A DNA stretch of 64,000 nucleotides, from the NCBI GenBank assembly GCA_964106915.2, contig OZ066914.1. One strand, given 5' to 3'. This document shows, piece after piece, positions 38,701 through 48,025 of the stretch. Numbering within the stretch: the first letter of the stretch is position 1; the number at the start of each line of letters is the position of its first letter. The notes beneath the pieces are model-generated. The model saw only the letters and a program-made list of their open reading frames with translations, did no database searches and was not told where the DNA came from. Source of the DNA: Podarcis gaigeae. Taxonomy: Eukaryota. The position numbers and the translations under genes were made by a program.

Positions 38701-40457
38701 CACAAGACCATGCCTGAGTAATTGCTGAAAAAGGATTCAGAACAGAAAACCTGATGTTAAGCAACAGGACGACTGCTAAAATATTTATCATGATCTTAAT
38801 TCTGTTTGCTTTGTGTAATAATGCAAAAACGTGGGGAAGGAAGGCACCCTACTGGAATTTTGTTTTGAAAGGGCTTTGGCAGCAGTTTTAGGCAATGGAT
38901 TTTGGACAATTCTTAGTTCCTATTAGGCTGCAATCCTATTCCAATTTACCAGAGTAAGCCTTTTGAACACACTGGGGCTTATTTCTGAGTAAACATGCAT
39001 AGGATTGTGCTTTGTGTGTTGCCAGGTTCAACTCAGACACCTCTCTACATTTGGCAAGTGTTCTCACAAGTATTAGTGTACAAGTATCAGTATTAACAAA
39101 GACTTTACTAAAATTCAGTTTTATGTACAGTATGTTTACTTCAGTAAGTCCCTCTGTTTCTAATGGGCCTTATGGCAAAATAAGTGTGAATAGGTCTTTA
39201 CAATGAAGGAAGTTTGAAAGGAAGTCTTTTAAAGCATCTTAAGCATTAAATAGGTATAGGTGTGCAAGCCCTGAGCAAAAAGAAAAATCTGCACATGGAA
39301 ACAGATTCATGTGTTCACATTGCCTTGTTGGATGTGTTTCTTATATACAGCAAAGGCTTTAGATCATGCATCTCATACCTAGGATTCCTATTTGGGACTC
39401 TTGTATGATGCCTTTCTGGCATCAGATTTGTGTACATGGTCCCTAATAGATGGTTATCATCTGCTCTGACAGCAATAGTCATTTGTTTGGAGGAACAGGA
39501 GTCAGGGCTGAGCACCTCTACACTTCCTCTTTCCTCCATCAACTGCAACAGATGATTGGTGCTGTTACAGCTGGTAACATTTAATACTGGTGAACAAGCA
39601 GTGCAGTGGACTGGGACCATGTGGATCTGGGCTCAGTTCTTAAAACTGTTGTTTCCAGGCTCAGCAATATTCCCAAAATTGTTGGGGCCAATCCCACGAT
39701 CTATTCATTGGTCTATAGAAGTTGAAACACAAGAGTACAGGACTGACCAAGAAGTGTATGTATATCAACCATCATGACAGCTTAAGCTAGGCATCTGACA
39801 CAAAGTAGACAGCCAGAACAGTATTCTGGTTGCACATCATTTAGGATCTGATTTGTCTCTTATGCTTAGAGGGCATCCATTGACCCATATCTCCCTGGTA
39901 CGTTCATAACACTGAATGCAGTGGAAATGCAGATGATGGAGGTGGCCTTGCACACTTAACCCTTCATATCACCATATGGAAGCAGGGTTTCACCACTCTC
40001 CTAAGCTCAGCAGTAGTGATTGTAATGCTGACTCCTGCTGACTTGAGTGCTCACAGGAGGGCTCCTTGTGCACAGATAACAGAGTGTTACATCAATTACT
40101 TGCTTTCCTATATCCTGCGACCCCCCCCCCCCCAAGCCTTGTGAAGGTAGCTTAGCAATTAAGCCTCATGACTTGGGGCAGACTATGGTATTAAAAAAAC
40201 ACAGGGTTTGAGTCAGAGTGGGGTGCAGGCCTAAATGGGATATTGGTGCTGTATAGCCTGGCAGCCTGAGGTCTACTCTGCTGCTACATCCCTGGGACTC
40301 CCAGCAGAAAAAGTAGGATTGCTGTTTGCCTGGTATGTGAGACTATATTATTCTTGTGTATGATAAGCCTGCTACTCAATACATTTAAGACTTTCTTCAT
40401 TCCTTGTGTTTTGCCTTTGTTTCAGAGATCCTTAATAAAGAGCCCTTTTTGCCTTTG

Positions 40458-40509
40458 GCAAAACAGTCCCTGAGGTATAAAATCCTACAAGTGCCTCTCC
40501 TCCTCACAG

Positions 40510-40544
<35 letters not shown>

Positions 40545-40601
40545 TGTAACCAACCATCAGTTTGCTGCCTTTTAACAGTCACCTACCTGAGGAGACCACC
40601 T
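40458..40601 (+). repeat. Left copy of a ~144-bp direct repeat flanking the YR retrotransposon
   Basis: gcaaaacagt.cctgaggtataaaatcc...(TA)n(GA)n...gaggagaccacct recurs at 42974-43227. Confidence 0.92.
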
Positions 40602-40602
40602 T

Positions 40603-41033
40603 ACTTTAAGGGGCAATGGTGTGCCCAGCGTTGGCCTGAAGCTTGGAGGGGAGGGCCCATTACCAGAGATCTAACCTTCCTAGAATTCTTCCCGATTGTA
40701 GTGGCAATCCACTTATGGTCAGAGGTCTTTAGCAACCATAGGGTTTGCTTCCACACCGACAACCAGGCGGTAGTAGCAGTCCTTACTAGGCAGGCCGCGC
40801 ATTCCTCAAGAGTTGGTGCCCTTCTGCGTTCCTTTGTTCTCCGCTGTTTAGAACTTAATATCCACTTCTCTGCTAAATTTGTGCCTGGTGTTAACAATGA
40901 TATCGCGGATGCCCTATCTCGTTTTCAGATGGACCGCTTCCGCTCGTTAGCACCGGATGCTCAGTTACTACCTCAGCCCTTCCCGGAACAGCTGTGGAGC
41001 CTTGGGGACCAGAGTACTGGGAACCAGAAGTGA
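40603..41033 (+). CDS. RNase H domain (C-terminal part of the DIRS/Ngaro RT-RH ORF; 5' truncated)
   Basis: LTFLEFFPIVVA..LW, FHTDNQAVV and GVNNDIADALSR are DIRS RNase HI motifs. The ORF-track N-terminus is host microsatellite sequence. Confidence 0.88.
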
Positions 41034-41923
41034 TTCAGGGAGTATTAGCCTCATTGGCGCCCTCCAAATTGAGATCTTATAAGAAGGCGTGGTCTGATTT
41101 CTTAAAGTTCCGTGAAAAATCCAGTGCCGCCAGGAGCAAAGCCCCTCCCGTTAGGTCTGAGGTCTTGTCCTATCTAGTGCATTTGAAACACCTGGGACGT
41201 GCCCCAAAAACCCTCAACCTACAGGCCGCAGCGATTTCTTTCTTTTGCAAAGCATTATTTTCATCAGACCCGTGCGCTGAGTTTGTCATACGAAAGACCC
41301 TAGAAGGCTGGCGTAGACTGCAGCCCCCAGCCCAGGATGCGAGGAGGCCCATATCTTTTGACATATTTTTCCAAATTCATAAAAGGTTGCGAACGGTCTG
41401 TTGGTCAAAGTATGAGGCGCGCTTGTTTTCAGCGGCATACTCCATCGCCTTTTTCGGGGCAATGCGTGTGGGTGAGGTAGTTTTTGAGGAAGGTCAGCTT
41501 GGCTCCTCCCGGGGCTTACTGTTGAGTGACATTACACTTTCACGTGAAGATTTGGTCGTGCGGATTCGTAGTTCCAAGACAGACCAGTTCGGGAGGGGTG
41601 CTCTGGTCCGGCTACCGGCAACAGGGGAACTAGGCCCGTGTCCGGTGAAGGACACAAGGCGCTTCTTGTTTATGAGACCTAACATGGCGGGGCCTTTATT
41701 GATCCATGCAAATGGCGTACCCCTGACGCGGCACCAGTTCACCAGGGTCATGCGCTTAGCACTTAAAGCTTGTGGCCTCCCACCAGCAGATTTCGCGGCG
41801 CACTCCTTTAGGATCGGAGCGGCCACCACGGCAATGCACCTGAGCCTTGCGGCCAAGAGGATTAAGGATCTAGGCCGCTGGAAGTCGGACGCATACAAAC
41901 GCTACCTGAGAAAGAATTTATGA
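40994..41923 (+). CDS. Tyrosine recombinase (DIRS/Ngaro YR) with N-terminal SAM-like domain
   Basis: Catalytic set present: FFGAMRVGE (R), SKTDQ (K), HSFRIGAAT (HxxR), GRW, AYKRY (Y); overlaps RH in the -1 frame; no N-terminal ATG. Confidence 0.92.
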   Translation: MEPWGPEYWEPEVIQGVLASLAPSKLRSYKKAWSDFLKFREKSSAARSKAPPVRSEVLSYLVHLKHLGRAPKTLNLQAAAISFFCKALFSSDPCAEFVIRKTLEGWRRLQPPAQDARRPISFDIFFQIHKRLRTVCWSKYEARLFSAAYSIAFFGAMRVGEVVFEEGQLGSSRGLLLSDITLSREDLVVRIRSSKTDQFGRGALVRLPATGELGPCPVKDTRRFLFMRPNMAGPLLIHANGVPLTRHQFTRVMRLALKACGLPPADFAAHSFRIGAATTAMHLSLAAKRIKDLGRWKSDAYKRYLRKNL

Positions 41924-41986
41924 CATCCCAGCCGGGGATTTACTGACCATGGCCTGTTCTTTCGATTTCTTGCAGGAGATACGGGG

Positions 41987-42550
41987 GTGCGCGTCTGGAT
42001 AATCGGGCACAGCATAGTGCACTGGGCCGGGGTCCGCGCCATCAATTCCGGTCTGGGGCCGCGACTGGGCTTGCCGGATGGCATCACGATATCCTGGGTC
42101 TCTCGGAGAGGAATGCGTTGGGCTGAGATGTTGCCCGCATTTAAGACCAGAGTCGCGAGAGAGGGCCCCCCGGATGCTTTACTTATACAATTGGGTGAAA
42201 ACGACCTGGCCTATAGAAAGGCGGCCGATTTGCAGTGGCACATATTTGGTGACCTGGAGGAGCTTAAGACCGCTTACCCAAACCTCACAATCATTTGGGC
42301 CTCCTTGATGGAGAGGCGGGTTTGGAGAGATTGCAGGTGCCCGATGGCCATAAATAGGGCAAGGAAAGCCGTGGATCGGGCGGTGGTGCGTAGAGTGGCA
42401 GCCCTGGGGGGAAAGGTCATACGACACCCGGGCATTCGTTTCAATGGTGAGGCCCTCTACCGGTTTGATGGCGTGTATCTGTCTGATGCAGGAAATGATA
42501 TATGGCTGGAGGATATAGCTATGGGGATAAGGGATTGGTTTCAGGCATGA
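41987..42550 (+). CDS. SGNH/GDSL-like hydrolase of the Ngaro element
   Basis: Block I IIGHS, block II RGMRW, block III QLGENDL, block V DGVYLS (His replaced by Tyr). Confidence 0.85.
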   Translation: MRVWIIGHSIVHWAGVRAINSGLGPRLGLPDGITISWVSRRGMRWAEMLPAFKTRVAREGPPDALLIQLGENDLAYRKAADLQWHIFGDLEELKTAYPNLTIIWASLMERRVWRDCRCPMAINRARKAVDRAVVRRVAALGGKVIRHPGIRFNGEALYRFDGVYLSDAGNDIWLEDIAMGIRDWFQA

Positions 42551-42877
42551 GAGGATTGGCGGCGAGCGTTTGCTCGTGTGGCGGTAGGCATTGGTAAGAA
42601 GGGGTTAAGACGATGTGGGGGGGGGGAGGAACGCCATCACCTCCCCCCAGCGAGCGAAGGGTGGTCCGTTAAAGGACCCCGGGGGGCGTGGCCCTGTCCG
42701 AAGCCTATGGAGGTGTGGGCCAAAGGCACGCCCCAGAGCGGTGACCCGGGGGAGCTCCTAGTCGACGTGCCTCGCGGGAGTCTCCCCCGATATAAGGTTA
42801 ACCCTTCCCCGTGTCTCCAGCAAATGGGCTGGAGCCGGATAGCCGTTAGGACCAATGCCTATGCCAATGCCTCTCAT
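42547..42877 (+). ncRNA. Predicted structured cis-RNA in the 3' region of the retrotransposon
   Basis: Nine mutually compatible helices found by eye (see findings). Confidence 0.6.
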
Positions 42878-42973
42878 TCCTGAATTCAATAAAGTTGTGG
42901 CCTAATTCGCCCAATTAACCTTACATACGGTGTCTTGTGTCTTTATTTCCTGGTGGGGGCGGGAACTCGCCAC

Positions 42974-43119
42974 GCAAAACAGTGCCTGAGGTATAAAATC
43001 CTACAAGTGCCTCTCCTCCTCACAGTATATATATATAAAGTGTGCATGCACACGAAAGCTCATACCAAGAACTGACTTAGTTGGTCTTTAAGGTGCTACT
43101 GGAAGGAATTTTTTTTGTT

Positions 43120-43170
<51 letters not shown>

Positions 43171-43227
43171 TGTAACCAACCATCAGTTTGCTGCCTTTTA
43201 ACAGTCACCTACCTGAGGAGACCACCT
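42974..43227 (+). repeat. Right copy of the flanking direct repeat, interrupted by a Penelope fragment
   Basis: Matches 40458-40601 except one substitution, microsatellite length and an ~83-bp insert. Confidence 0.92.
43038..43120 (+). mobile_element. Penelope-like element terminal fragment with partial hammerhead ribozyme
   Basis: GTGTGCATGCACAC-GAAAGCTCA followed by ttagttggtctttaaggtgctactgga, inserted in (TA)n. Confidence 0.7.
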
Positions 43228-44171
43228 CACTCTGCCTAGGGGTAGACCAGCCTATACTAGTGACTGGCCTGTAGTAGTCCTTGTTTTGTCTTCTGTGGAA
43301 ACGTTAGAGATGATGGTCTTTTTCTAAAACAAAAATCTGTTAGTGTGCATGTTCATGTGAAGTAGTTTAATCTTCCAGCCACCAGTAACTGCTTATCCAA
43401 GTAGTAAATGTTGTTCAACTTTTTAATGCTGTAGTTTTCCATAAGAAGTGCAACCAGGTCCATTGTGAGATTATAATTATTCTATTAAACATCCTTTTAA
43501 AAAAAGAAATGGATACGATCAGTTTACTCACACACTTGATTCAGAAAACAGGGCAGGACAGATGATTTCTGAAGATTGCTGTATAGAAGGCACCTAGTGA
43601 TGTGTTTGTAAGTGAGCTCACATACATGTGCTCAAGCAAGCACATGTATGCTCAAGCACTCAAGCAAGCACTTGGTGTGAAAACAGTGGTGTAAGCAATC
43701 AAATGTGTGTCTGTTTTCATCTGTAAAATGTTGGAGGGTATGTAGGATTTATGAAGTCACTAGGTTCTGATTTGGTGAAAGTCAGGTCTAAAGTGTTTGG
43801 TAATGGGACAAACCTGGCATAAGATGGGGAGGAGGAAGTTTGGAGTAAGAAGGGTAGAAAATAAGCAGGAGGATGACTGCTGGCCCACATGCCCCTGAAG
43901 TACCTTTGTGCAGTTCTCTAGGACATGTGAAAATGGCCAAAGACACACTTCTTTTTAAAAGTGCCGAATCCATAGGACTACAGAGATGCCAGAAAGTTCT
44001 GCTTTGCCCTGCCCTGCATCTCTTCATTCTTCTGAAGAATGATCAAGAGATGCTTGGAGTCATACATAAAAAGTACACCTTTCAGGCACTGCAAATGTGG
44101 CACCAGCAGATTCCCACAGGATGCCCTCACCTCCCTGAAATTAGAATTGAAAGCTGCATTCTATTGTAGCT

Positions 44172-45268
44172 AGTATTGTTGGCATCCATCTGTCTCAAGA
44201 GACAATGGAGTGTGCCTCCAGAGGTGAAGTCAAACTGCTGCATTAGCAGCACCAATGTGACCTCCCAGGGTGCAAGCCTGGGCAGTGTGCATGGAGGTCC
44301 TGGGCTGCCCAGATAACAAGATCCCTCTCTCTGCTTCACTGATGTGGCCCAAAGGAAAGCAGAGCAATACATTTGGCACCATCTTAGCGGGGACGCGGGT
44401 GGCGCTGTGGGTAAAACCTCAGTGCCTAGGACTTGCCGATCGTATGGTCAGTGGTTCGAATCCCAGCGGCGGGGTGAGCTCCCGTCTTTCGGTCCCAGCT
44501 CCTGCCCACCTAGCAGTTCGAAAGCACCCCTAAGTGCAAGTAGATAAATAGATACCGCTTTATAGCGGGAAGGTAAACGGCGTTTCCGTGTGCTGCACTG
44601 GTGCTGGCTCGCCAGAGCAGCTTCGTCACGCTGGCCACGTGACCCGGAAGTGTCTTCGGACAGCGCTGGCTCCCGGCCTCTTAAGCGAGATGAGCGCACA
44701 ACTCTAGAGTCGGACACAACTGGTCCGTATGGGCAGGGGTACCTTTACCTTTATAGCTGCAGAAGTTGCTGGAAGGAGACATACAAGGCACCATCCAACT
44801 GACTTAGAGACACCACTCCAGCTTTATGTAGGGCTTGCTCCTTAGCCTTTTCTTCTCTCGAAGATATCCCGCAAAGCAGTGGTGGTTTAGGATCAGAATT
44901 TTCCTTCTCTAGATGGGCTACCTTCTCAGGTTGATAAGCCTCATCTGCCCCTCACTTCCCTCTACAGCACATGCAGAAACTGCCTTCTTGACCACTGGAC
45001 CCACTATTGACCTCATCCACTCAATCTGGCAGAGCCTGTCTTCGCAGGCAGGGAAAGTCCTTAACTCGCTGAGAGTTTGAGACCCATCAGCTATCCTCAC
45101 CTGGTTTACCTGGCCAGTCGAAGCCATTCTGGGGTGTGTGGCCACTGTCACATGCCGACAGCTTCTAGGAGATGAGAGCTGAGTGCAGGGTGGGGACCAA
45201 AGGTGGACAAGCTACCCCAAAAGAGCATGATGCGTCCCCCACCAGAGGTACTACCCTGCCCCTAACAT
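44172..45268 (-). mobile_element. Non-autonomous RTE-derived element, interrupted by a Sauria SINE
   Basis: Recalled RTE-like 3' end (gttggcatcc...gagacaatggagtg) and 5' region (gggctaccttc.caggttga); the sequence resumes after the SINE. Boundaries approximate. Confidence 0.55.
44390..44753 (+). mobile_element. Sauria SINE (nested)
   Basis: GGGACGCGGGTGGCGCTG head, B box, (ACCTTT)n tail; short tagc duplication at the ends. Confidence 0.9.
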
Positions 45269-45599
45269 TCCATACACCCAGTATAGCTAATATAATGCTT
45301 GATTTATTTATTAAAATTGTATCCTCCCTTCTACCCAAAGGAGCCCAGGAAGGCAAATAGGTTGCGGTGTGTTCTTGGTTGGTATTAGGGTTGGTGTCTG
45401 GTATTCACAGCAGTTTTTTTCTGATCTGCAAATGTGCCCCTGGGTCCAACAGGGTTGGTAGCCCTGAAGGCGGTGGATTCTCCTAAAGAGATATATTTTT
45501 AAGCAGAGGCTGGCTGACCACCTATCAGGGATGCTATTAACACAGCAGATTTCCTCCGTCTCCTGGCGGGTGACAATAGATGACCTCGGAGGTCCCTCC

Positions 45600-47170
45600 C
45601 AACTCTTAGGATCCGTTTATATGGAGCGACTTGGTCGTCAAATAACTGATCAGCCAAGAGCTTGCGGGGGGCGAGAGGGCGCCCGGCAGTGTGAACCGGA
45701 ACTCGCGTTGGCGCGCAAAAAAATGAAGGAGAACCCGGTGTCTCCAAATGGTGAACGGCGAGCGAGGAAACTTAAAAGCTGCCGGCGGCTCCAACGAGGG
45801 CCCCCCTCCCCGCTTCCCCGTTTTCATGCATAAGAAGCGATCCACTTTTTTCCTCGTGATTGGAACCAGATGCTCCTCACCAGGGAGAGCTTTTATTGCG
45901 ACGGCCGCTGGGGGGGGCGGGCGGTCAGGGCTGGATCGGGGGCTGGTCGCGAGTGGCTTCTCACGCTCTTTCGTTCGCCTCAGAGCAAGCCAGTGGTCAG
46001 CGCCACTCGTGACCCCCCCCCCACGAGACCCCGTGAAAACCCAGTAAACAGACTCCTGCCACGAAGCTCGGGGGCTGCAGACCCCTTCCTCCCAGTTCCA
46101 GCTTGATCCTGTGAGCCAAGAGCGGAGAATAGTCCCCCGCCCCCCCCCCCCCGTTTCCTTGGGATGAGAGGAGTCTGAGGGAGAGAGGAAGTTGGGAAGC
46201 TCGCCGTGGTCTGGCGACGGCCGGGGCTTCCCGCTCTGGGCCGCCCGCCGCCCCCCCCTCGGCCGTCGTGGGCTAAGGCGGGCTGCGGCAGAAGCCCTCT
46301 CGCCCCAGGGAGCCGCTTTCGTTGCCGGCCGCCGGGTTACTGGTGGTTCCCATTAATCTCCCGCACTGGCCCTCGCTGTCTCCACTTCCTGTCTTGGCAT
46401 ATTTCTCTGTCTCGCCCTCCCCTCCCCCCGCGCGTTTCCAGATTCTCTTTTAGGGGAAAAAAGCGAGGGAGGTTGAGGGGGGGGGCAGAAGAGAGAGAGT
46501 TGCATCTGGCCAAGCGAAGAGATCAGAACTGGAGGCGATCTCCGGCGAGCTGCAACAGGCGATCTTCGACATCTGCACTTCTTCCAGCGCAGGGCAGCAG
46601 CCCAGGTAAGGGAGAAGGAGAGACGCCGGGCTCCGGCTGGCGGGGCGGCCCGAGAGGGTCTCTCTCGTTTCCTACACACGGGAGAGCCCAGGAGGCGATT
46701 GCAGTTGCCATCTGGAAGGCTTCGGGTTTCGCTTTTTCCAGGGGACGGGGAGGGGAGAAGCTTCTTCGGCGGCGCTCTTCTCTGCTCCTCAGGAAAAGGG
46801 CTGCCTGCGTCTCTGTGGCTGAGGCAGCGTTTGAACGGGGCGAGCGCCCGGCAGTTCTCTCTCTGGGAAGAACAATGGATTCACCTCGGCGCGAAGGGAA
46901 GAGGAGGGACGCCGGGCAGCAGGCGAGTCCCCCCCGGAGATCCACGTTTGGGTCTTCCTTGCATGCGACCCGGGGCTCGGACTTTGCTTGTTTGCTCGTA
47001 ATGTTCGGGTTGTTTCGGGGTATTTTCTAGCTCTTTGCTTGGAAGGGGGTTCAGGGCAACTTGGAGATGAGGAAGGAGGGAGCGTATTCTTTCTCCCCTT
47101 CCCATAAATCGACTTGCACTGCCCGGTTTAGGAGGATAGGTGGCGCTTACGCACCGTGCTCACCCGTTTT
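45600..47170. promoter_or_regulatory. CpG island, probable DENND2B (ST5) promoter and non-coding exon (donor CAG|GTAAGG at 46606)
   Basis: High CpG/GC and GC boxes; DENND2B lies next to AKIP1 in mammals. The gene assignment rests on synteny only. Confidence 0.6.
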
Positions 47171-47842
47171 GCCAGCTGCTCCTCACCGATAACACGTCTG
47201 GGAAGAAAACTTTTTTTAAAAAGATTCTTTTGATTCCTGGGATCTGTCTATAAATGTTATTGATATCTGGACCCACCCGCTATTATTTAGTCAGATATGG
47301 AAATTAATGAGTACTGACACCCAAACGACATACCACAAAAGACAGCATTGCTGTATATTGAATTTTACAAACAAATGGCAACGCAGCTCCTTCCTTCCTT
47401 CCTTCCTTCCTTCCTTCTCCCCCCCTCCCTCTTTCCCTCCTCCTCCTCCTCAGTCTAGGGTGGTTAGCCACGGATAATAGTTAGAAAATGGACATTTGGA
47501 TACAAAGGGACATTGCCAGCCATGGTGTAACACTGACATACTGAATTTGGCTAACTTGTCCTGTTCCCCATCCTTGTTTTGTTCTGGGATTTCTGCTTCT
47601 TATTTGATGCAGTATAATGTGATACAATATAATGAAAATCTGCCTCTCCATGGAGTGCTGTGTCTGGACGCTGGAGGTAACTTAGTGCTATGTACTAAGC
47701 TGAAAGTACAGTAAAAGGGCTTCTGCTCCCAGCTCCAAACCACTGGCATCAGATGGAAACGAAAAGTTCATCAAGTCTTCTTTATTCTTACCACAAAGTT
47801 CCAAACCCTAACTTTCAGCCCTCCTACAGAGATGGATGGTGG

Positions 47843-48025
47843 GAAGCCAGCAGGGCCTAGTGGTTTAATGTGTTGAACTTGGACCTGAGAGACCAGGGTT
47901 CAAATCCCCACTCAGCCATGAAGCTCTCTGGTGACCTTGGGGCAGTCAGTTCCTAACAGGGCTATTGTGAGACAAACATGGGGAGGTGGAAAACCATGCC
48001 TTGAACTCCTTGAAGGAAAGGTGAA
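47843..48025 (+). mobile_element. tRNA-derived MIR/CORE-like SINE
   Basis: B box GGTTCAAATCC at 47897-47907; gtgaccttgg core. Confidence 0.7.

Larger units (their letters stand above)
40602..42976 (+). mobile_element. 5'-truncated Ngaro/DIRS-group tyrosine-recombinase retrotransposon
   Basis: GC/CpG-rich segment with the ORF order RNase H - YR - SGNH hydrolase, then AATAAA at 42888 and a GT-rich 3' end. Confidence 0.92.

Noticed and set aside
40404-40601. N-terminal part of the 209-aa ORF (YIYIYRERER)
   Set aside because: Translation of the host (TA)n(GA)n repeat that happens to be in frame with the truncated RNase H.
40994-42550. Prokaryotic integrase/prophage or contamination
   Set aside because: RNase H motifs, ORF overlap, polyA signal and vertebrate flanks identify a eukaryotic YR retrotransposon.
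46206-47030. 274-aa ORF and overlapping ORFs in the CpG island
   Set aside because: Low-complexity R/P/G/S composition, no ATG start, no domain; expected from stop-poor GC-rich DNA.
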